Positions 37,689 to 46,576 of a stretch of 64,000 bases of DNA are shown piece by piece. A program made the translations under genes and the position numbers. A model generated the notes under the pieces. It did not search any database. It was not told the origin of the DNA and saw only the letters and a list, made by a program, of their open reading frames with translations. The stretch's first letter is position 1. Every line of letters starts with the position of its first letter. The stretch lies in IMG/VR virus record IMGVR_UViG_3300009509_000706, positions 3,466 to 67,465 of that record. One strand, given 5' to 3'. Source of the DNA: a virus.

Positions 37689-38603
37689 TTATCGTCCTAC
37701 CTTTATCACCTTTGGCCCACTGGCAACTGATTTGCTTTCATTCGCCATAAACTGTGACACGACGTTAATTAAGCTCTGCGGGCCTGCCAGGGCCATAGTC
37801 GAGTTAGTTTCGACATAATGAGCATAAAAGCCGCGCAGCGTCGCCTTAGTTGCCTCTAGATCGCCATCGTGGTATTCCAACAGCTTTTTAGCCCCCCATT
37901 GCCAGTTTTTGATGCGTTTGTCGTCACCTTGCTCTAGCATAGGCATTCGTTTGCCGAACCACAACTCGGCAACCAATTCGCATACCTCGAAAATTGGCTT
38001 TTTGACACGCTGCCAACCTTCGGGTCGCTTCAATTCGTCTTGAGTCGCAAAATGCAAGGCGCAATCTAACAGATCGCCTTCTGGTAGGTTATTTCGTTTG
38101 CCATTAGTTGGCTCTGTGGGTAAGTTGGATTCTGATAACGGGTTGTCGGTTGATGGCAAAATCGAAAAATCGCTATTTGTATTTTCCTTTTTAGTACAAT
38201 CAGTATTAGTAGTTACCAGGTTTTCCGCTGGCGGAGTTTCCGCTGGCGGATTTTCAACTCCTGGATTATTTGTCTGAAAAGTTCTGTCTTGTTCTAGGAC
38301 GGGTATCTCATGTACTAGAACCAAAAGCCCCGCAAAGCGCCCATTGTCACGCAGTACATGGCGGGTAAGATAGCCTGCCTTTTCTAATTCTCTGAGACCA
38401 GTTTTTGCAGAGTGCAGACCATCTGCTGCTCTGTTTGCTATGTCTTTCAGGCGCACAGTCCAATCGTCTGGCCTTGAGAGCAAATACCCCATAATCCCCT
38501 TCGCCTTCCATGAGATAGACGTGTCCTCAAACACAGATTTGTCAATCATGACGAAGGGATTATCTCTGTCTTTTGCTCGCCTAAAAATGGTTTTGTCATC
38601 CAT
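37689..38603 (-). CDS. Phage replication initiator (N-terminal HTH)
   Basis: NPFVMIDK...ISWKAKGIMGYLLSRPDDW...LRELEKAGY; next to helicase; internal repeats. Confidence 0.8.
   Translation of the reverse strand: MDDKTIFRRAKDRDNPFVMIDKSVFEDTSISWKAKGIMGYLLSRPDDWTVRLKDIANRAADGLHSAKTGLRELEKAGYLTRHVLRDNGRFAGLLVLVHEIPVLEQDRTFQTNNPGVENPPAETPPAENLVTTNTDCTKKENTNSDFSILPSTDNPLSESNLPTEPTNGKRNNLPEGDLLDCALHFATQDELKRPEGWQRVKKPIFEVCELVAELWFGKRMPMLEQGDDKRIKNWQWGAKKLLEYHDGDLEATKATLRGFYAHYVETNSTMALAGPQSLINVVSQFMANESKSVASGPKVIKVGR
38222..38250. repeat. Tandem palindromic iteron-like repeat (putative origin)
   Basis: TTTCCGCTGGCGGA twice inside the initiator gene, next to an AT-rich tract. Confidence 0.6.
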
Positions 38604-38678
38604 TGTTTAATGCCTCTACAAAGCCGCTGTAAATTTTTAGCCTAGTTGTTTCTAAGGCATCGTTGGTAGCTTCCCAGC

Positions 38679-38888
38679 CTATTTATTGGCTGCTTCACAC
38701 CTTTTGCAAATATCCACCGGCCTACTTTGATACTTGATGTGCCTAAAATGCTTTCGGGGCAACTCTTTGTGGCAGCGATCGCAGACCCATCGGCCACGAC
38801 GTGCGTGTCGGTGGGCGTATATCTCACGTACTTGCTGTACGATTGAATTTGGCTCACGGATGAATCTGGGTGGGATTTTCTTTACCAT
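38679..38888 (-). CDS. Zn-finger protein
   Basis: CDRC...CKRC; RBS within a repeated leader. Confidence 0.55.
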   Translation of the reverse strand: MVKKIPPRFIREPNSIVQQVREIYAHRHARRGRWVCDRCHKELPRKHFRHIKYQSRPVDICKRCEAANK

Positions 38889-38936
38889 TTATAACCTTTC
38901 CTAAAACAAAATCACCTGCTCTGTTCGCATCTTGAA

Positions 38937-39464
38937 TCAATAGTTACTATTACTAATTCCATATTCATAACCGCATACTACGCAGAGCCATTCTTCGTCC
39001 CAACTCATCGGCATACCGCCAAATTCCATTGCCGCGCCAGGGTTATAATGGGCTTCTCCAATTGATAAGATAGCATGTTTGTCAGAATCACAGCGCGGGC
39101 ATTGATAGGGCCATTGCCAGAATTTTTCATGCCCGCACTCCACGCAGGAAAAGAATCTGTCTGGTAATTTGTCGGCTGACAGTGGCTCATTGCAATATGT
39201 ACGCCCAGGAGCATTCATGGTCAAGCTATCACAGCCGCTACACCAAGAATATTTGCCCAGTGCTTTGCCAAGTTGCTCTTCTTTGAGTTCCCCAATACCT
39301 TCAATTTCTACGTCAAGGCGAGTATTGCATTTGGGACACTGAATCGGCGTAGCTTCTATGCCATAATCAGGCCATGTATATCCGCAGGCTGCACACTCAT
39401 AATCAGAGCCGTGACCTATATCCAGTTCACTATATTGTGTGGAAGCATTGACAATCCTAAACAT
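38937..39464 (-). CDS. Multi-Zn-ribbon protein
   Basis: At least six CxxC motifs. Confidence 0.65.
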   Translation of the reverse strand: MFRIVNASTQYSELDIGHGSDYECAACGYTWPDYGIEATPIQCPKCNTRLDVEIEGIGELKEEQLGKALGKYSWCSGCDSLTMNAPGRTYCNEPLSADKLPDRFFSCVECGHEKFWQWPYQCPRCDSDKHAILSIGEAHYNPGAAMEFGGMPMSWDEEWLCVVCGYEYGISNSNY

Positions 39465-39508
39465 CGCCTTATCCTTTCCTAAAACAAAAAGTCCTTCTGT
39501 TCTATCAC

Positions 39509-39850
39509 CTAAGACGATCTTGCCTTGTCAACGATAGATATGACGCGCGGGTCTGCCGTATCAACAAGGTCTGGCATATATCCAGCAGCGATGAGCCGCC
39601 AGCATGGCCCACTCTGATTCTCTGGTTTCTGATAACAGTCAACCCAGTCGTCTGTCGTTTCTTTTATAACGTCAATGATCCAGATGTCCCCTTGACGCAG
39701 TGAGTTCCATTCTTGTACTGCTTCTTCAACAGTTGGGCCACTTTGATAATGCTCACAGTTTCCGCACCAGACTTTGTAACCGAGGGCATACTTGAATATC
39801 TCAAGGCTCATATTGTCACAAAAAATACAAGGGCTAAGAATTTCGCTCAT
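39509..39850 (-). CDS. Lar-like (restriction alleviation family) Zn-ribbon protein
   Basis: LSPCIFC...VWCGNC...EEAVQEWN. Confidence 0.6.
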   Translation of the reverse strand: MSEILSPCIFCDNMSLEIFKYALGYKVWCGNCEHYQSGPTVEEAVQEWNSLRQGDIWIIDVIKETTDDWVDCYQKPENQSGPCWRLIAAGYMPDLVDTADPRVISIVDKARSS

Positions 39851-39867
39851 CGCCTTATCCTTTTCTA

Positions 39868-40066
39868 AAACAAAATCACCCGCTTTGATCGCAGTTCCCC
39901 CAAACCATAAGGACTTTTGAGGGTAGCGACTCCCCCTTCTACTAAGGGGAACCGCGACCAAAACAGGTGATTCATTTTGCGCCTTATGGTATTTACAGCT
40001 TCCATTGTCAGGTCGCCATCCCGACTGCTGTAAGTTCATTTTATCACGTTTCGCCAGAATTGTCAA
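39868..40066 (-). ncRNA. C4/CI-like antisense switch B (promoter, target boxes, long stem)
   Basis: TTGACA-17-TAAAAT; about 27-bp stem 39874-39900/39946-39972; leader boxes complementary to stem-enclosed sequences. Confidence 0.65.
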
Positions 40067-40226
40067 GTAAGTATTTCTTTGAGAGCAATTTTCCATTGAG
40101 CTTGACAATGATTTCTGATATTGAGCAATCTTCTGGCGTTTCATCTGGTGCTGCTGCCCATGAACCTTCGAGCCAGTATAATAGGTCAATGGCTTGCTTG
40201 TTAGTAAGATAGATTGTTATGCCCAT
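40044..40226 (-). CDS. Hypothetical protein flanked by direct repeats
   Basis: GAGGTG RBS; TCGCCAGAATTGTCAAG at both ends. Confidence 0.55.
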   Translation of the reverse strand: MGITIYLTNKQAIDLLYWLEGSWAAAPDETPEDCSISEIIVKLNGKLLSKKYLLDNSGET

Positions 40227-40248
40227 TTGCCACACCTCGCCAGAATTG

Positions 40249-41193
40249 TCAAGCAACTGCCCTCGCCACTTTCATAAAGCCCCAAAAGTCATCAACCGAG
40301 CCGCCATACCTATAAAAAAATTCGTCGGCCTTGACCGGCAGATTGACGACGCGCCCGCGTCCATCAAATAGTTTTGCCAGTCGAAAAGCCGACTCTATAG
40401 CATCTGGGTCGAGGGCTACGTAAACGACCTTTGTGGCCTTGAACTCATTTAGCCAGCTTCTCTTGAAAGAACGCTGACTCATGATTCCACAGTTTGGGAT
40501 TCCATGTTGTGCCAAGACAATGCTCTTTTTCTCGCCCTCTACTACCACGGGATCAGGCCATTCGTTAATCAAATCGAGATTGAATAGTGCAACTGACAAG
40601 CCTGCCATGTGGGGCCGATATTTGTCTCCCCCATTAGCGCCCTTGATTCTGTGTCGGATATTGAGCAATTGACCGCCGTTTACTACGGGAATAGTATAGC
40701 TTGCTCTCCCATCATAGTCTGTTGGGCAGCGCGGGCAGTAGCCGAGATTGTAGCGGGCAATACTGCCGTCGTCAATGCCCTCGTTGTGCCACCATTCCCG
40801 CGCTTCTGGCATTCTATCTAGCAGGCGATTATAAGCAATGTGATCCTGGCAACGAGCCATCCGCTCAAGCGCATCGAGCCGTCGTTCGTGTTCTCGTTGC
40901 TTGCGCTCTAGCGCCTTGACTCTGGCCTCAAGCCTTACCTGTTGCAATTTTTCTGGTGACAGGCCAGCATCAGGCCAAAGGTCTTTTGGCTCAAGTCCCA
41001 ACGCAGCCACGATAGCGTCAAAGTCGCAACCTGAGAAGCAATGGAGTAGCACCTGGCCTTGATCGCCGATGCCAATGGATAGAGATGGGTTATGATCGTC
41101 GTGTGCTGGGCAGCGGGCAAGCCACTTGTCTAGGCCATGTGATTTGACTGCTTCGAGTAACGATAGGACAAGTTCAAGAGACTGCATAGTCAT
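40249..41193 (-). CDS. DNA primase (CHC2 Zn finger plus TOPRIM)
   Basis: CPAHDDHNPSL..HCFSGC, VVVEGEKK, ALDPD. Confidence 0.85.
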   Translation of the reverse strand: MTMQSLELVLSLLEAVKSHGLDKWLARCPAHDDHNPSLSIGIGDQGQVLLHCFSGCDFDAIVAALGLEPKDLWPDAGLSPEKLQQVRLEARVKALERKQREHERRLDALERMARCQDHIAYNRLLDRMPEAREWWHNEGIDDGSIARYNLGYCPRCPTDYDGRASYTIPVVNGGQLLNIRHRIKGANGGDKYRPHMAGLSVALFNLDLINEWPDPVVVEGEKKSIVLAQHGIPNCGIMSQRSFKRSWLNEFKATKVVYVALDPDAIESAFRLAKLFDGRGRVVNLPVKADEFFYRYGGSVDDFWGFMKVARAVA

Positions 41194-41311
41194 GTATGCC
41201 CTCGCAATTGGCGCACTGATAAACTTCGTGCCTTGCGCCATTTTCTGCTATGTATTCATACAAAAACGATAGAAATGTATAGGCCTCACAGTGTGTACAG
41301 TAAGAGTGCAT
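41174..41311 (-). CDS. Small Zn-ribbon protein
   Basis: CTHC...CANC; GAGGAG RBS. Confidence 0.5.
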   Translation of the reverse strand: MHSYCTHCEAYTFLSFLYEYIAENGARHEVYQCANCEGIHDYAVS

Positions 41312-41321
41312 TGTTTGCTCC

Positions 41322-41624
41322 TCAAAACAAAAGCTCTTGCATTTTGTCACCATCGGCAAAGCCCGCGCCATGAATAGGGCAGTCGGGATTTGAAATCGGG
41401 TCAGGATTGCAATTGAGAAAATCTGCGCAAATGCAGCGAGCCTCTGTCATCCCTTTTTTGTTATGAAATAATGTCGGCATGGCTTCTGATTGCCAGTACC
41501 AATCTATGAGAGTCACCCAATCGCACTCAGTACAATAATAGAACGTGATAAGCAACACCCTATTATTTACTGTAGCCTCAGTTACGGTTTTTTCGGCGTC
41601 TGCGCCACATTCTTGGCAATACAT
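41322..41624 (-). CDS. Cys-rich hypothetical protein
   Basis: CQEC, CTEC, CIC...CPIHG. Confidence 0.6.
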   Translation of the reverse strand: MYCQECGADAEKTVTEATVNNRVLLITFYYCTECDWVTLIDWYWQSEAMPTLFHNKKGMTEARCICADFLNCNPDPISNPDCPIHGAGFADGDKMQELLF

Positions 41625-41640
41625 CGTCTTATCCTTTCCT

Positions 41641-41837
41641 AAACAAAAGCCCTAATGTGCTATCACCTGAGCGGTATCGGCGGCAAAGGTTTTTTGTGCT
41701 ATACGTGACGCTCCGTATAGCCCGTTACCGCCCATGTGATAGTCCACAAGGGCTTTTCCTTACCTTTGCCTAACTGTTAAAATAGGGGCGTCACTCCCTA
41801 CTAACTCCATTCTACCACGTTTCGCCAGAATTGTCAA
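41641..41837 (-). ncRNA. C4/CI-like antisense switch A
   Basis: TTGACA-17-TAGAAT; long stem 41645-41757; boxes GUGACGC and GGCAAAGGU complementary to enclosed sequences. Confidence 0.7.
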
Positions 41838-44076
41838 GCGGAATACTGTCATTTGCAGACTGCGCTTCCGCCCAGGCAAACAAATCGAGGGAATTTACAT
41901 CGCGCTCGACCATTTGCAGATTCTTGACGGCTACGTTGAAATAACTTTGCTTCAATTCTATGCCGATCCCCTTGCGTCCCATCTTGACGGCCTGGTAAAT
42001 CTCTGAGCCAATCCCGGCGAAGGGCGAAAGGATCGTTTCGCCAGGATTGCTCCAAAGCGCGATACAGCGTTCAATTGTACCAAGTTGCAGGGGGCAGATA
42101 TGCTTGTCATCATCCTCGGCGCGGGCAGTCGTATATTGTAGGGTATCAGTTTCTCTGATTCCCCACCAAATCGGATGCGCCCATTCGATCCATTGATCCC
42201 GTGTTAACTCTCCGTTGGCTACGGGATTGATCGGCGTTTGATTCTCGCCAGGTTTTTTGAAAATCAGGATATAATCGCCAATCGCTGGCCTTGACCACGA
42301 GCTGTCTTTTTCCATTTGGACAAAAAGAAGCGCCTTGCTATGCGTGCGAATGGCCTGTGCTTGCGGATTCTTATCTATCGTGACTCTGCCGTGATAAATC
42401 CATCCGCGATCCTCAAAGGCAGCGATGACTTTGCCAGGGAAATCTTTAAGGCCAATATAGCCATCCTTGCTGAGCAGAGCAGGTACATCAGCAGTATGGA
42501 CGGCGCAGATACGTCCAGGTCGCGTTACCCGCAGTAAATGATCAATGATATAGCCAAAGTGGATAAAGAAATCATCCGCATTGGCAGAATTACCCAAGTC
42601 ACGCTCCGTAGGACTATATGTATACAAATCCATAAAAGGCGGACTGAATACGCTAAAATCAATGCTGTCAGTCTTGATTTCTGCCAGACGCTCTACAGAA
42701 TCACCCAGCATCAAAGTCCAATCCTTGCCCTTGATGGTATCAACGTTATATGTTTCCCCACCATCATTTTGTTCCGCCAGCTCATCTCTTTCAAAAGCCT
42801 GTACATTTTCGATGAGTTTAGTTGCCATAGTATTTGCCTGCTCCTCTTTTCTCATAATATTAGTGTAAATCTCTTGTTCTACATCTCCGAGTACAATGTG
42901 AACATTGACCTCTTCTTTTTGCCCGAACCTGTAACAACGACGGATGGCCTGATAGTATGCTTCCCAGCTATCACTCAAGCCGACGAATATCATATTGTGG
43001 CAATTCTGGAAATTCATACCGAAGCCAGCGATCTTCGTTTTAGTAACCAAGACTCTTATAGTGCCATTCTGGAAGTTTTCTAACGCCTCAATCTTCGCAT
43101 CAAGGCTATCACTGCCTTGTACCTCTACAGCATCATGTATGGCTTTAGCCAGCGCCGCACTTTCATCATTCAGACCGCACCAAACGATCCATTGTTCGCT
43201 AGAATTATTGACGATTTCAGCAGCAGCAGAGACTCTATCTCCTATGGTTTCGCGTCTTATTTGTCGCCTATGCCCTATGCCCTTGAGACCAGTAAAAAAC
43301 AACTGGTCTTCTGGGACATAATCTGTGGGGACGAATAGTGAAAAGATATTTAGTGGGGGAAGTACGAATCCGTCATCGTCATAGCCGAGATCGGACGGCT
43401 TGCGTACTGACATGCCCCAACTGGCGAGCCAACGGTAAAATGCTTCTTCAGCATGGCCGCGCAATCGCCAGCCTTTGTCATCATGTACGAAAAAGGCGGC
43501 AAGCATATCGGCTCTGGTCATCACGCCTAGAAATTCGGCATGGTTGGCAATCTCTGCAATGTCATTCGGGGCTGGCGTTGCTGTACAACAGAGTCTTAGT
43601 TGCACATCAGAAAACATATCCGTTAGCTTGCGCCGCGTCTTGCCGTCAAGCCCTTTCAAAATCGAGCTTTCATCTAATATTACCGCGCCGAAGGCGGCAG
43701 GATTAAATCGCTCGATCATTTCATAATTGGTTATATAGATTTGCGATGGGCTATTATCCGCCTGTTCCTGGCTGCGTACATAATAGACTTGCAGATCAAT
43801 TTTCTGCGCCTCTCTTACCGTTTGTTTGGCTACTGACAAGGGGGCAATAATCAATGTTCTTTTGCCAGATAACCTGGCCCATTCCAGTTGCATGAATGTC
43901 TTCCCCAGGCCAGTATCAGCAAATATCGCCGCCCGCCCCTTGCGCAGCGCCCAGATAGTCAAATCCTTTTGGAAGTCAAAAAGTAGCCTGTGTACTTCAG
44001 ATTGTGGCGCAGAAATGCCGCACGTTTTTGCTTTGATACATTTTGTTTTCAAGAAGGCTTGATAATTCATGCTCAT
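41812..44076 (-). CDS. SNF2-like helicase fused to an N4/N6 DNA methyltransferase
   Basis: DTGLGKT, LDESS, TATPAPN, QAIRRCYRFG; VFSPPF and LSPFAGIGS. Confidence 0.9.
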   Translation of the reverse strand: MSMNYQAFLKTKCIKAKTCGISAPQSEVHRLLFDFQKDLTIWALRKGRAAIFADTGLGKTFMQLEWARLSGKRTLIIAPLSVAKQTVREAQKIDLQVYYVRSQEQADNSPSQIYITNYEMIERFNPAAFGAVILDESSILKGLDGKTRRKLTDMFSDVQLRLCCTATPAPNDIAEIANHAEFLGVMTRADMLAAFFVHDDKGWRLRGHAEEAFYRWLASWGMSVRKPSDLGYDDDGFVLPPLNIFSLFVPTDYVPEDQLFFTGLKGIGHRRQIRRETIGDRVSAAAEIVNNSSEQWIVWCGLNDESAALAKAIHDAVEVQGSDSLDAKIEALENFQNGTIRVLVTKTKIAGFGMNFQNCHNMIFVGLSDSWEAYYQAIRRCYRFGQKEEVNVHIVLGDVEQEIYTNIMRKEEQANTMATKLIENVQAFERDELAEQNDGGETYNVDTIKGKDWTLMLGDSVERLAEIKTDSIDFSVFSPPFMDLYTYSPTERDLGNSANADDFFIHFGYIIDHLLRVTRPGRICAVHTADVPALLSKDGYIGLKDFPGKVIAAFEDRGWIYHGRVTIDKNPQAQAIRTHSKALLFVQMEKDSSWSRPAIGDYILIFKKPGENQTPINPVANGELTRDQWIEWAHPIWWGIRETDTLQYTTARAEDDDKHICPLQLGTIERCIALWSNPGETILSPFAGIGSEIYQAVKMGRKGIGIELKQSYFNVAVKNLQMVERDVNSLDLFAWAEAQSANDSIPLDNSGETW

Positions 44077-44104
44077 TTCTCCATTCTTATATTACTCTAG
44101 TTGT

Positions 44105-44277
44105 AAAATAAAAGGCCCTGATCCCCATGCCCGTTGCCCGCTTTGTTGTTAAAATCCACTCTCGCTGCCAGGCAAGAATGCGGCAAAACGGGCCGGGGGA
44201 TCAAGGCCCTCGGCTAAAACCTATATTCATTCTTGCCTGGCATTCTCTATTATACACCCAAACACAAAATCTGTCAA
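44105..44277 (-). ncRNA. Antisense/attenuator switch C upstream of the helicase-MTase
   Basis: TTGACA-17-TATAAT; 15-nt leader box exactly complementary to a sequence inside the long stem 44113-44210, which ends in a U run. Confidence 0.65.
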
Positions 44278-44427
44278 GCCCCAATCTGTGCTGCATATTC
44301 ACGGCGCAACGCCTCAAGAATCCTGGTCGCTGTGCTTGCCCCGCAAGCCTCAACCTCGGACAGTGCGGCCTCAAGCTCTACCAGGTCAAAGTCATCTGGA
44401 ATGAGCAATGTTAGAATCTCGCCCATA

Positions 44428-45039
44428 TTACTCCCAATTCACCCAGGCCCTAGTAGCCTCAATAATGGTGTCAATCTGTTTCAGCGCATTACCATTGCAC
44501 CAAATCTCTAGCCGCCCTTCTTCGTAATAAACAATGCCCTTTGCTCTGCCGTCATTGGGCGGCGGCAACTGCGGCTTGTGAATCATCTTGCGTAAAGTGC
44601 GAGCCGACAATCCTTCTTGCTCTGCCTTGTCAAGCCACTCCATTTGCTGTTCTACTGGAAGTGGGGCGACGGCCCGATGGTGGTCAAAGGTCAGAGTTTC
44701 CAGCCGCCTTACTTCCGGTGCTACTTTGCGGGCAACCCATTGGACATTGGCCGCTGTTCCGCTTGAATAGTCAGAAGCCTCTAGCGCCTGAGTATATGCT
44801 TCTCCGAATCTGCCCTGCATATAGTTCAGCAAATCTCCAATAGCAAGCTGTATAATATTGTGAGCAGCCTTAAGTGTTGTTACAGCATTGTTGCAAGTAT
44901 CAAAGTCTGGTTTTCCTTCGATTTCAAGGCCAGCCTTGCCGAAGCGAAAAGGGCCGACGCGGATGAGGTAAGAATCGTTGCTTATAGCAGAATCACTTTT
45001 AGATAGTACGATTTCGCCGTTGTTGTCTATGATGTCCAC
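44428..45039 (-). CDS. LmbU-like putative DNA-binding protein
   Basis: LAIGDLL....FGEAY, LTFDHHRAVA, WLDKAEQEGLSARTLR. Confidence 0.55.
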   Translation of the reverse strand: MDIIDNNGEIVLSKSDSAISNDSYLIRVGPFRFGKAGLEIEGKPDFDTCNNAVTTLKAAHNIIQLAIGDLLNYMQGRFGEAYTQALEASDYSSGTAANVQWVARKVAPEVRRLETLTFDHHRAVAPLPVEQQMEWLDKAEQEGLSARTLRKMIHKPQLPPPNDGRAKGIVYYEEGRLEIWCNGNALKQIDTIIEATRAWVNWE

Positions 45040-45053
45040 AATGCAAGCTCCTA

Positions 45054-45443
45054 TTAGTGTTCAAAGTCAAGTTCACAGTTTGGACAAAAACATCCTAGGT
45101 CATCGCATTCACACTGTGCACTACATTTAGGACAGAATACAACTGGTTTTGGCTCAAAATAAGCTCGTTCATAATTAGTGCAATCTGGGCAATCCAATTT
45201 ACCATCGCACAATTCCAACTTTCGGCCACAAGCAGAGCAAGATTTCCAGCCTGGATTTTGTCGCCACATTCTGAGCCAATAAGGGGCGACCTGCTCCCAT
45301 CCTGTTTTTTGGGCCAATGCAAAGCCTAGCCGCATCCATCGCTCGGCTTCTGGATTAAATTGTCTATAGGCAGCGATAGCAGCTTCAAGCAATTCTTGCG
45401 GCGATGCTTCTTTTAAATCTCGATATTCATCACTCATAGCCAA
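45054..45443 (-). CDS. Cys-rich hypothetical protein
   Basis: Several CxxC motifs. Confidence 0.55.
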   Translation of the reverse strand: MAMSDEYRDLKEASPQELLEAAIAAYRQFNPEAERWMRLGFALAQKTGWEQVAPYWLRMWRQNPGWKSCSACGRKLELCDGKLDCPDCTNYERAYFEPKPVVFCPKCSAQCECDDLGCFCPNCELDFEH

Positions 45444-45919
45444 ATCCTTTCACGTTTCAAAAATGCAAGCGCAATACCTATAGCATCTACCTCATCTTTG
45501 CCAACCTTGCGCCCAGAGTCGCGGGCTTCATGTCTTATCCAAGCTATTCCTGATTCCAGATTGTGCTTACTAATTCCAGTTACTTTGACTTCGGCAGGCG
45601 TCACATCTACAAATTCAATACCATATTTCTGGCACAAGTAGGCCAGTAGATAATAGACGCCGCCTAGCATCCTGTCGGTTTTACGATTGCCATGATCGCC
45701 GGTCGGACGTTCAATAATGCAGTACTTGACAATCCCTCTTTTGGTTATAGTCTTTGCTATGAACCCGTCGAACCATCTACCTATAGCAATGATACGCTCT
45801 AGAGCATCACCAGGCTTGACAAATGAACTACTCTCTAGGTAGACGTTGCCGTTGAACAATGCCCAACCGAATGGGTTTTGTTTCGTTGCAGTTGAAATAT
45901 CACAACTGAGAATTAGCAT
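45434..45919 (-). CDS. RuvC-like Holliday junction resolvase
   Basis: ILSCDIS, IIERP, VTPAEVK, DEVDAIGIA. Confidence 0.8.
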   Translation of the reverse strand: MLILSCDISTATKQNPFGWALFNGNVYLESSSFVKPGDALERIIAIGRWFDGFIAKTITKRGIVKYCIIERPTGDHGNRKTDRMLGGVYYLLAYLCQKYGIEFVDVTPAEVKVTGISKHNLESGIAWIRHEARDSGRKVGKDEVDAIGIALAFLKRERIWL

Positions 45920-46205
45920 ACCAATTCCCAAACTGTTGTCGCTGGCCGATCTCTACCTCAAGCTCCGATAGCAACCAACCAATATTGCCGTCAAGTTCCT
46001 CTAGTCTTTGCAATAGGTGGACAAATAGTTTGCCCCAATTGCGCTTTGGTACAGCGCCTAGATCGGCAAGGAATTGGTCAATCGTCTTACACATTGCCTG
46101 CCGATCTTGGGCAATCGTTCCTTCGTAGCACGTCTGACACATTGGCTTGCCTGCTTGGCGCGTTGCAGGCTTGCCGCAGTAGATACAAAAAGCATCTAAA
46201 GTCAT
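45900..46205 (-). CDS. Hypothetical Zn-finger protein
   Basis: CIYCG...CQTC. Confidence 0.55.
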   Translation of the reverse strand: MTLDAFCIYCGKPATRQAGKPMCQTCYEGTIAQDRQAMCKTIDQFLADLGAVPKRNWGKLFVHLLQRLEELDGNIGWLLSELEVEIGQRQQFGNWYANSQL

Positions 46206-46450
46206 GTTTCAGCCTCCATTTTCTGTGCAACCCGCAATGACCGACTGGCCCTAGTTCCATCTGCCAGTGTAGGCCATTCTAGAAGGCCATCCTTTACCAT
46301 CTTGTCAATAATAAGAAAGGTGCCGGTGAGGTTGAGGCTGAGGATACGGGCAATGTCCCGGACGGCAGGCCCATAAGAGTGGTCCCTATACCACTCGTTG
46401 ATAATTAAGACGATTTCATCCTTCCGATCTTTGTTATCGTTATCGTTCAT
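46202..46450 (-). CDS. LexA-type DNA-binding domain without a peptidase domain
   Basis: YGPAVRDIARILSL...DGLL...SRSLR; AGGAGG RBS. Confidence 0.75.
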   Translation of the reverse strand: MNDNDNKDRKDEIVLIINEWYRDHSYGPAVRDIARILSLNLTGTFLIIDKMVKDGLLEWPTLADGTRASRSLRVAQKMEAET

Positions 46451-46576
46451 AGCCCCTCCTAAAAAGGCATGTCCTCGAAACTTGTCACCGACTTACCAGC
46501 GGGCGTGTAACGCATCTCCGGGTCACGTCCCACGTTGCCTACAATCACTAGCTTTTGATACATATTTCCTCCCTAT

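Noticed and set aside
39851-40189. N-terminal extension of the 226-aa ORF 39509-40189
   Set aside because: It runs through a promoter and structured RNA; the RBS-supported start is 39850
38886-41840. Repeats as a CRISPR array or integron attC sites
   Set aside because: Irregular spacing with whole genes between copies; no cas genes or integron integrase
42316-44062. Several plus-strand ORFs opposite the helicase-MTase
   Set aside because: Antisense shadows without coding signals
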